In this document: one piece after another, positions 53,756 to 64,000 of the stretch | Numbering within the stretch: the first letter of the stretch is position 1 | How the letters are laid out: each line of letters starts with the position of its first letter | Source of the DNA: Tubiluchus corallicola | Taxonomy: Eukaryota > Animalia > Priapulida | Assembly: GCA_030141605.1 (NCBI GenBank) | Contig: JAQGDQ010000698.1 | Coordinates: forward strand, 46,500-110,499 | Direction of reading: 5' to 3' | DNA length: 64,000 nucleotides | Translations under genes and position numbers: made by a program | Notes under the pieces: model-generated | Databases searched by the model: none | The model's input: the letters and a program-made list of their open reading frames with translations, nothing else | What the model was told of the DNA's origin: nothing

Positions 53756-54054
53756 GTAACAACAAGTACTCGACGTCGTTTTATGTTTACTTCTGTATAG
53801 GCAATTACACATTCTAAAGCAACTGTGACATTGTTTTGTGGTTTCACTGGTAAATACTAGTACGATAATCGAATACTTATTTTTCAAGTGCTTGATACTG
53901 CATGTGTCAAAATTTACATCGACAACAAACACGTACTGTCGCACGCAATATTGAGTACAAGTAACCAAAAGTACTTAATATCGTCCTACATTTTTTATAT
54001 AGGCAGATGTCGGGTAAGCAGCACGCTTTTTCATTATGGTCAATTCAGTTGATG

Positions 54055-56563
54055 GGGCCTGTTACAACTGATAATGTAATAACGCTTGATAATTTAATTC
54101 ACAAAAAATGAATGCATAATTAATAAAAATTGACACATAGTAATTATAATAACTAAGACATAATGTAATGAAAAACTAACGCATATTGTAATAACACAGA
54201 AACACGTAATGTAGAATGAAAAATTCTAACTGATAATGTAATATAATATGAAAAATTCTAACCGATAATGTAATATTAATGTGCTGAATTAATGTTACTT
54301 AGTACTAGTGACGTAGTGCTGTAGGAATGCGAGGGAACGGCACGTTTCCTTACTCTGTTTGGGACGATGTTACCTCACCTACACGTTTCATATAGCTTAT
54401 CCATTCTATGCTCAGGTCTATAATAATATTCTAGTGCATGTGTGTCTGAATACAATAGTTACATACAGACCTTTAAAACTTAGTGTAGCATTACGTCAAA
54501 AATATTAAAACAAATTATATTTGTACAAATTCGTGTGCTATAAGATTTTGTTATTATATAACTAGTAAATAATCGGCTCTGATTCAGCTAATGCTCATGA
54601 AGCAGCTGCTGACTTGGGACTACAGGCAGCTGCTTACATTTATTCATTTGAAAAACACGCAATTTTTATAAAAGCAGGAAAGAAGCCAACGAGTTTCAAG
54701 CATTTGTGCTGACCCTTTGATTATATTGTCAAACCACTTGCGCTATAATATACATATAGCACTGCGAGACCAGAATGGCTACGAATTTAACTGTAAATAC
54801 AAGTTTTTTGTACTTCGTTACGATGCTATAATGTCACCAAATCACGGTCATTGCCACTCGCAAATTTGCAACAGTCGCTGCTGCGGGTCCGTTAGGCCAC
54901 CGTTAGTATTATATTTAGAAAACGAAGCCAAGTGAATGAAAAAGTACACAAAGCTGTCCAGGCTTCGAGCCTCATTGATCAGGCACGTTGACAATGCACT
55001 AATTCGCTAAGTAAACTGAGGTCATGAGGTAAAATCAACATGGCGGTCATATAGGTATCACTTTTCTGCGAGACAGGACATTTTTTACACGGCCGTTTTT
55101 TGCGCCAGATTATTGTGGGAATCCTCCTTCGTTGCCGATTACCAAGTAACTAATAAAACATCTGAAGCTTTTGTAAGAAAAGAAATAATTATTTTGGTGA
55201 GTACGATCGTGTAAAACTGAAAACAACAGCAATATAGTATACATTGGAGCGTGTAAAAACACTGCTGCCGGACGCATAATATTATTGTGCATTATAATTC
55301 GCAACAGAATGAAGAGATACAGCAAAATGCTAGCAATTATTGTTGATCTTGATATTAATCAGCATACATCGTTAAATCGGCTTACTAACTGATCTAGCTA
55401 GTCGCGTTCGAGTTGACAGCTGAGGCCGGATTCACGTATCTTGCCTACGAAACGTATGTACACATCTTTGCATACGAGAAACTAAAGAGGCACGTTTGCT
55501 CAACCAATTCACGTACCGATTTTAAGATTTGCGTAGGCTGGTTTTGCTAACAGCCGTGAGAGCGGCGATAGGTGGGATTCACGGGAGAGTTTTTAGGTTC
55601 AAGTACGCACGTTTTAGTGAATCGTTCCTAAACGTGGCTGAAATGTCTATCGCTGTACTGTCGGATTTTTTCGCTGCAGACAACCAATCAGCGCTTGCAA
55701 AACTATGCTTTTACGGCCACGGTATTCGCGAGTCTCTGCCTGATATTCCCTAACCACACCTGCACTGGGAATCCTACCCTCGCGCAATAAAGAATTTAAC
55801 TGGTATAACAGTCTAAACAGCGTAAAAATTCCAGTATTGTTTACATTATATTAATTTGATAGGTATTTTCGAAGTAGAACTTCATTTAGAATCTTTAGAA
55901 CATTCTTCGTCGATTAAAATGAAAAAACTGCAAAAAAAGCACGAAAAATGGCCAGAGTTCAAATCGGGAAGAGAGAGGGAGGGAGAGAAAGAGAGAAGAG
56001 ATGGGGAGGGAGAGAAAGAAAGAGAGCGAGAGAGAGAGAGAGGGGGGGGAGAGAAAGAGAAAGAGAGAGAGCACTTATGATACCCTTGATGGTCATTGAG
56101 ATAAATACTTGATCCGTCAGTAAATCAGCAGTGATGAATTTTTTTCCAGAAAAAATCAAAAAAACAATACAAAAACTACAACAAGAACAACATCATAACA
56201 TAACATTGAATAAGTAATCTATCATTAACTCACTTAACTCATTGGACTGATAGTAATGGGTTGAAGAGTGTTGTGATGCCAGTGAGTCGAGGGGCTAATG
56301 CGCACCTCCTTGGCGTTACGGAAAATAAAAATTACTTTACTATATCTAAGAAAATTGTACCAGGTAACATTATTTCTGCACTTTGAATCTGCTAGTAATT
56401 ACCTTATCGATTAGAATTTTGTTATTACAATATGTGTTTTTATAGTATACGTTAAAATTCAGGTTATTACATTATGTTAGTTTTTTTTATTACAATTTTT
56501 GTGCGTTAATTTTTTGGTGTTACAGTATCGGGCGTTTATTACATTGTCAGTTATGATAAGTAC
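54055..56563. mobile_element. Foldback-type element: long degenerate inverted arms built from taatgtaat subrepeats, about 2.1 kb apart
   Basis: The left arm aactgataatgtaataacgcttgata...aaaattctaaccgataatgtaat (54067-54275) matches the reverse complement of 56395-56555 (aactgacaatgtaataaacgcccgata...aaaattctaatcgataaggtaat). Confidence 0.65.
55970..56071. repeat. Imperfect GA-rich purine tract
   Basis: Direct inspection. Confidence 0.9.
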
Positions 56564-59500
56564 CGTTAGGGTGAATGCTCCTGACAATTAAAAGTCTGGT
56601 TTAAAACTACAGAAGGCATTCATCTCTTTACTTATGTATTAACGATATTAAATGCCAGGAGAGCATTCTCGCATTTTAATGACTTTTTTGTAGTCTCTCT
56701 GACCATTGTAACCACGGAAACCAAACACCCGTTTCTCAAATGTTTGTAATATACAAATATTTGTGAACAGCACATTTGTAGGTGTAGTTTTTAATATTGA
56801 GAATCGCAAGTTGTTGAGCAGGAAGAAGAGCAAGAACCAAAATGACGTAGTAAAACACTGCAGTGTTAAATTACCACTTAATTTTTGCTACGGTAAAGTA
56901 ACGGTATAATTCTTGCCTGCTGGCTTTGTTTTATTTCTCGATTCAGTATTATTTAGTAGTGGTACAAATTTTTATTTGTAAATTCTTTATAGCGGATGAT
57001 TTATGTGTATTTTCATAAAACAAATATGTACTCACTAGATTTTGTGTCTTTGGCATGTCTTTTCAGTTGATCCATTGAATTATTATTATTAAAATTTGAA
57101 GACTCCATTCCATTTGATCCATAGTTACCTCTTCAGGTTAAGTTTTCATTTTCCTTTTCACATTCACTTTAGCAAAACTCATTTGATTTTAAAGTAGCTT
57201 GACGAGTAGATTTGTGGAGCTGCAGTAAAAAGTAGCCGTCTTTGGTGGAAGATGGCATTTGCTAAACAGACAAAACAACAAAATTGAAAAATAGAGCCAT
57301 TATAAAATTATGGTTGGAGTAAAAAAATCGATCCATAACACAGGAATTGACATCTGAAATATTTTTCTGTGAAGTTCCTTCGACATACTTGTATGTCGTG
57401 GCTTCAGCATCATAAGCAGCCGTTACAGAGTTTTAACTTCGAAATTATAAGTTGAAATTCAAGATCCGGAATTTTTAAAGAGAGTTCTCGGTATTATCGT
57501 ACCCTAACCTTGTGTGAGGGATGACTTGCGCTTTCGCAATTCATTCAAAGTATTGGTTATTTTCGTTCAGTTGTCGCACTTTCAATTGTGTTTCCATATT
57601 AAATAACTGAGCATTGAGCTTGTTCATTTCAGAGTACCGGTTTCTGCCATCATGCAACTTGTCACTGACAGTCACGAGAACCCTTTTTAATAAAACTACT
57701 AATTAGTACCCATCTATAATTAGAGCAACGAGCGTGAGATTTGAACTTCCTCATACCATGAGTCACTCTTGTTAACTTGCTGGGCTTTTGTATGGCATCA
57801 TAAGGTCGATGTAAAATTTGGGAACGTCCACTGCTCTTGAGCGGCTTGTATTATAGTAAAAACGCATGTGTACCTAAACCAAAACTATTTTTGTGTAACA
57901 CATTCCTACTACTTTGCCAATAGATCTATTTACTATTACGTTAAGTATTACTGTTAGCGTAATAATGAATTTGCATCTCCTTTTTCATTTTATTTTTATT
58001 GATTTGTTTGTTTATATTTACGCATGTGCGTTGTTTTTTTCAGCATCACGTGTTTTCTATTGTTTTTTCTCCGATATGGGCAACGCGCAAGAAAACGGTA
58101 AGCACTAATAACTAATTACTACAACTTTGGCTTACGTACATCTTAGGCCCGGAGCATTCAGAGCATTTGATCTGGAATTAAAATACATTATTTTACTTCA
58201 AATTGCATTGCTAAGTTCTGGGTAAAATGTCATCATGAGAAAAGCCTGCGTTGTAACTGAATCAGTAGATCACACGATTCCTCTAGAACCAATCTGACTT
58301 AAAAAAAAACTTTGAAACTAATCATAGCTGCGTCCAGGAACAATATCCTTCCATGGTGAGGCAAGCATTACGCAAAAGTGGGCGAAAGCAATTTCACATA
58401 TTCGTGATATTCGCGTGTCGTGTGACCTTTTGTAAGTAAGACAAGTCTAAATTAATATTCTCGCAAATCATAGCTCTTCCAACATCATTTATAATGATGA
58501 GGGCCTATAGCTGTGATAACTGTTATTATCATTATTACTAATGCCAGTAAATGAGCAGCGCTGCTGTTATTTGCAGAGCTGCAAGCGCCTACAATCAAAT
58601 CATTTTAGAGAATGTCAAATGATCATTTTTAATGTTTGAGCAGCTATGGTTTTAGAACATGCCAAAATATTTAGCGGGTAGAGTATTTAACACTGAACAA
58701 CTATTTTTGAGAAGATCCGATGCAGATAACAAGCAATGTTACTTAGTAGTCACTATCATTTAACGCCAAGCTTTACAATTATTGAATAAAAAAGGTAAAA
58801 AAAATAACGATTACAATGGCGCTATCGTGTCCCATTTGTTCTGATGTTTCTTAGGTACCATCCATTTTGATAGCAAAGAACCATTAGACTCACTGTTAGA
58901 ATTACGATGTTGTTAATAATATATAGGGTGTCTCAAATTGCATTTCACGAAATAGCCACGCGCGTCGCTGTGTTCTGCAGAGCTGATATATATTAGTTAA
59001 AAACTTTAGGCAAAAAATTTAACGAAAATATTGCTGAAAATAAATTCTGCTTTCTGTAAATAGATTTATTTAAAAAAAACAAAAATATTTTAACATTAAT
59101 AAATTTTAATGAAATGCGTTAAAGACTATAAAAGTTTTCATAGTTTAAAATGTGAGGAAGAGACTTTACAGGTGAATGAAGCACTTTGGCTGGGCTGTTT
59201 TTCATATTATTACATAGCATGATATTAGGGTCTTCGTTTTTTATGACAAGTTGGCAACCACAATATCTGCAACAGCCATTAAATAAGGTCCTCGAGCGGA
59301 AGTTTCATGATGAATGGCTCATGCAGTGGGGTCATTTTAATGTCCCGTTTAATACCATTCTGGGTTTTTTGCTGTTGAGATCATACCTTATTTTTGTAGC
59401 TGATTTATTTAATTAAAATTTCATTTTGAAGGCAGTAAAGAATTAAGTGGTATAAACCTTATACAGAGCAGTGGAATAAATATCACATATTACGTATTCC

Positions 59501-60234
59501 TGTTCTTTTTATATAAAAAGTTTTATTTATAACTGCAAGTGGGTATTAGTATAGCGATATTTAAATTAGCATACTACTATTAGTGCTAATTTTCCGAGTA
59601 AATTTAGCCAAGCTATGACTTCGGTTTCGCGAGTAGCGCAGCTTCATAAAGAAGGCAAAATACACCAGTTCCCATCGTAACTCGTACACGATGTTACGGA
59701 AATGGACTTCGAGAGCAACTTATAATTTGTATTGAAATGTTTGGGCATGCATGTTGTTGTCAAGCGATCAACTAGTGTAATTTTCTTGAAATATTATACT
59801 TTATTGCCAAAATTTTATCAAAAAGACGTAATTAAAGCACTAGATATAAATACCATAGAGTAGCATAAACAAGTAAACTATAATCAGCAGCTGTAATTAG
59901 CAACCACAAAAACACTAGAATCTGCTTTGCTCATCTTAATTTAGTTAAACTTAGTTTCTCAATTAAATTCGTTTCAAATTACCAGCAAACTAACTGACTA
60001 ACCAATTACTCACATACACAATTGTTACAGAAGTCGTCTGAAAGCCAGAAATTAACAGAATGTCCAGTTGGCCAACTAACTAACTTACAACTTTACTGAT
60101 TGGCAACCTTTTTAACTATTTGGCTTGAAAATCACGCTGACAAATTCATTGGTTAGTTAGGTCAAGTGCTGGACTAGCTAATTAAATCGCAAACTTTTTT
60201 CGATTCACTCAACGACATGTAATTGTACTGAATG

Positions 60235-60360
60235 ACATCATCGTCATTGTCATCATCATCATCATCATCACCTTGATCATCATCGTCGTAATTATAATCG
60301 CCGATATCGTTGTCATTATCATCGCATCATCGTCATGATCATCATGATCATCATCATAAT
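60235..60360. repeat. Imperfect (CAT)n microsatellite
   Basis: Direct inspection. Confidence 0.88.
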
Positions 60361-61879
60361 CGCAATCGATTAAAATTTAAAAAAATGACAGAAATTTACA
60401 TATTTGGCATTATATATGTATATATAGCTTAATATCTTTCTGTTTCATCTCTGATTTATTAATATTAGTAAACTAAGTGACATGACCAGCTGACCTAGTG
60501 ACTATCTCAATAAACACGTCTTACTAACAGACTGGTTTCTGAACTTCATTACTTAGCTCAGCTAGCTGAGATGTTTTAATTGTAAATGTATTAATTTTTG
60601 CACGTGTACCCCTTGTTGTACTGTGCATGTTGGCAAACACGGTGTAGCATATTGTTTATATTTGTATTTTTTTATATTGGTTCTCGCCTTATTGAGGAAT
60701 GGAAACACATTGTAAAGTAAGCTTTGAATTAATGCTGTTGCAGTAAAAGTGCAGTACCTATTTCATTAAATAGATTTAGGCTTCGTTAAAGAAGCGAGTT
60801 TAGCTAACACAGAGTACTAATTTGTGGGAGGTCTAATTCCAGGTCTCAGGTTCAAGTCCAAACTGGTTCACAATTTTTCAGCGTCTCCTTCCTTTCTTCA
60901 ACTCATTCAATGGTTTATAAACATCATGGCATGCATATTCGTAATCTAATTAACGAAACAGAATACTTTCCGCCATCTTGATTTTGAAGTGCGCGCCGTG
61001 ATCGTTACGTCATCGGGGGTAGGTGACTGACCATAAAGATTGGAGTTGCTTTGCAATTCTTGTGCGTGTTTCAACAGTTAGGCTGGCTTTATCAATATTT
61101 TTATACCTGTGATAAATGACTGCAGGCCTAAGGGTTAATCACGTGAGCAACCGATTATAATCTCATGCTCTTTCAGCAAATATCAGCTGAGTAGGTTTAG
61201 CTGATATAACTATATAAAGTTAAAGGAAAACCGGAGCCTAATCTTAAACTGCAGCTCAAAACAACGTAACATAGAAAATATGGAAAGGGAACATGGTAAT
61301 TTTTCAAAATTGAAAGAATTATTAACACACAAACGTAATTTCGCATTCGTGCGGCTAGTTTTTCGCTATTACATGCATTTCGCCATTCGCTAGATAGATG
61401 GGCACCAGCGCCTGCATCTCGGAAACGCGTTGCAGAAAAAACAGGTGCTGTACAGAGTTGTGCAGTTGTAACGTTTAGCATAGCACACGTTCGAGAGTTC
61501 ATGCGTGAGCACAGTGGCAAACTTGAAATCTGAATTTTAAATTCAAAGTTTACCGAGCTTTGTGTCCCACTGAGTGTTTACAGTAACACTGTAATTCAGT
61601 TTTCGCTTTCGCAAACACGCACGACATGCTCGTTGTGCTGTTGAAAATTATGTTCAGTTGTGACGTCATCAATAGCTGGGTTCACCGGAATTAAGTTTTT
61701 ACCTTATTATTTAATTATCAGAAATACTTCGGTATTATTATGAGCGTTAAGATATATATGTTTTACCATACTTCAGAATAGAGCAGGATTTGAAAAGCTG
61801 TTTTTCCTGTTTTTCTTTAAATTAGCTTGCGTGAGACACCCTTTTGGCAATTATTAACCACCTGCACCACAACCACCTT

Positions 61880-61967
61880 TATCACTGTTGTCGTCATCAT
61901 TATCACCGTCATTATCATTATCAGCAGCAGCATTCTCATCATCATCATCACCATCATAATCTTTAAT

Positions 61968-62006
<39 letters not shown>

Positions 62007-62050
62007 GAAATATTTTTATTTATATTATATCATCACCATAGTCATCATCG

Positions 62051-62085
<35 letters not shown>

Positions 62086-62260
62086 GAAATATTTTTATTT
62101 ATATTATATCATCATCATAGTCATCAGCGTCATCATCATCATCATCATCATGGTTGCCATAGTCAACATCATTTTCAGCATCATCATCAACATCATGATC
62201 GTTAGCATCAGTATCATCATCCTCGTTGTCATTATAACCATCATCAATACCACCATCATT
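61880..62260. repeat. Imperfect (CAT)n microsatellite with an internal ~78-bp duplication
   Basis: (cat)n cgaaatatttttatttatattatatcatca occurs at about 62006 and 62084. Confidence 0.9.
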
Positions 62261-62437
62261 ACCAGCTACTGTAGTTGCTTTTATCGACTAATTTGTCGGA
62301 ACGTTTGCCGTTGTCATAGTATTCACATTTATTTTAAGTTATCCAAACTGTTACTATCATTGTCGTCATGTCATCACTTTTGTGTTGTGGACAGATTGAT
62401 AAACTGGAGGCTAACATGCAGTTTTGGTTTATTTCAG

Positions 62438-62922
62438 AGACTTCGTGCGCCTGTAGGAATTTCTATTGCAGTAGCAAACGTACGTGTAACGGTCACCACG
62501 GCAACGAAATCCCGTTTCTGCGGCGCTCGGACACAACCATCATGGCCAGAGCCAAGAAGCGCACACTCACAATGACCATCCTTATCGTTTCAGCATTCGT
62601 CCTCTGCTGGACGCCCTACTTCGTTGTGTCCGTTTGGAGTTGGATTGACTCGGAGTCCCTTCACGAAAAATGCTCGCCCATCTTCATTGATCTGCTGTTC
62701 ATATTTGCCGTCTCGAACTCTTGTGTTAACCCTATAGTGTATGGTTCTTACACGGTGGACGTTAAGAGGAAACTGAGGAAACTCTGCAGCTGCCTTTCAT
62801 CAAGCTTTATTAGTCAGAATAACAGTCACGCCGCAGGTAATACGCTGCAGAGCACAGGCACACTGGTAAATCATCACAATGTGCATCATAGTGCCAGACA
62901 TACGGAAACGGATTGCTTGTAA
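62438..62922 (+). CDS. GNRHR: GnRH-superfamily GPCR, exon 3: ICL3, TM6, TM7, C-tail, stop
   Basis: Branch point ctaac at 62411 and acceptor ttttggtttatttcag, with phase matching exon 2. LRRSD..ARAKKRTLTMT, FVLCWTPYF (CWxP), AVSNSCVNPIVYGSY (NPxxY), TAA ending at 62922. Spliced CDS is 570+208+485 = 1263 nt, or 420 aa. Confidence 0.95.
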
Positions 62923-64000
62923 AATGCGTGAGATTAGTTTAATGATTAAGAACAGCTGGTCTGATTGATTTTTATGCGTCATTATGATCGATTAATTGCT
63001 CAGTTAAACGATTAATGTTCACTTGTAATCCGGTTGTCTGAGGCGGTGCATCCTCAAACGCCTACACACTCGGTCTTTGGAGTTAAATGCATGTAAGTTT
63101 CTTGTTAAAAACACTAAAATGGTTAAATATTGTTGTGCTTTTGATCAGAATGATGAAAACTCGTTGCTCAAATTGATTATAAATTATGTATTATAAAATC
63201 AAAACTAACAGTCGATTGAAAATACTACTGTGAAATAAAATGATCTAAATTTAAATCTAAGTCCAAAAATAGGTAACACGATACTGTACATTCTAAATAT
63301 TTACTAATTAGTACTTTCAAAGAGTCATCGAAAATATTTTGAATGAGTATTTTGAGTATTTTAAGTTGTATATTACTCAGTAGTCAGCACGAATAAATGT
63401 GAACACGAGTAATCTGAAAATCAGTATTTCGAGTTATCATTAGAAATTGCCAATGTACTCGCCTTGAACGACAAAGATAAGATAACAAAGTAAAGCTTTA
63501 TTGACCCGGCTATTTTGGTTATGATATACGTGATCTTCCAAAAAAGTTGCTGACTAAACAATTGCTGCAATAAGCGTATCAATATTGCACTTTACAAATT
63601 TCAAAAAGTATCGTCATATCAAGTTATATGGTAGAAAATTGAAATAATGAGGTAAACAATCATTTTACGTCATCATTACGTCATAATACAAAAGTTCAAG
63701 TTAATTTTATCATTTAATTTTTCTTGTTTCTTTGGCATTGTTTTTTCGCACACCCTGCACTTTTCACTGAGTGACATCACCTTGGAGTACATTTTTGAAG
63801 CTCTTTCTTGTAGGGGATGCGATTGTGTAAATTGACACATGAAAAGCATTGACACACGGTTCTTAAAGTATGTGGAAATAAATTGGGTTTACGAGCAGGA
63901 AGACCATCAATCATATTTTCTCCTATATTTTCATCAAAACATCGTAGTTGCTGGCAGATAAGTTATCGATGATGCTGGATCAGATTATGACATTAAAATT

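Noticed and set aside
60820-60865. tRNA gene suggested by ggttcaagtcc (B-box-like)
   Set aside because: No A box or cloverleaf is recognisable; at most a SINE remnant.
62908-62922. Class I PDZ-binding motif at the receptor C-terminus (ETDCL)
   Set aside because: Position -2 is Asp rather than Ser/Thr, so at best a weak class III-like match.

Overview
AT-rich, repeat-dense animal genomic DNA, most likely from an invertebrate; no prokaryotic features. Two spliced protein-coding genes lie head to head. (1) On the minus strand are four coding exons (3754-3150, 2249-2057, 1240-1070, 742-599) of the mitochondrial DNA polymerase gamma catalytic subunit (POLG). They carry the Exo I and Exo II motifs, and the gene runs off the left edge. 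(2) On the plus strand is a complete 3-exon, about 420-aa GnRH-superfamily neuropeptide GPCR that most resembles AKH/ACP-type receptors (9542-10111, 53548-53755, 62438-62922), with introns of 43.4 kb and 8.7 kb. The introns contain decayed LINEs (one near full length, two nested insertions with short duplicated junctions), a solo LTR with a 5-bp TSD, MITE/foldback elements, a DNA-transposase fragment, many microsatellites and a near-identical 2.3-2.5 kb tandem duplication. A Penelope GIY-YIG remnant lies upstream of the GPCR. I found no convincing new multi-gene system. The best oddities are a perfect spacer-less 170-bp palindrome, an 82-bp tandem array resembling tRNA-Ser that is split by a LINE, a Cys/His cluster in the receptor's third intracellular loop, and a tandem repeat carrying copies of the U1 snRNA 5' end. 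All family assignments come from recognising motifs by eye, not from database searches.
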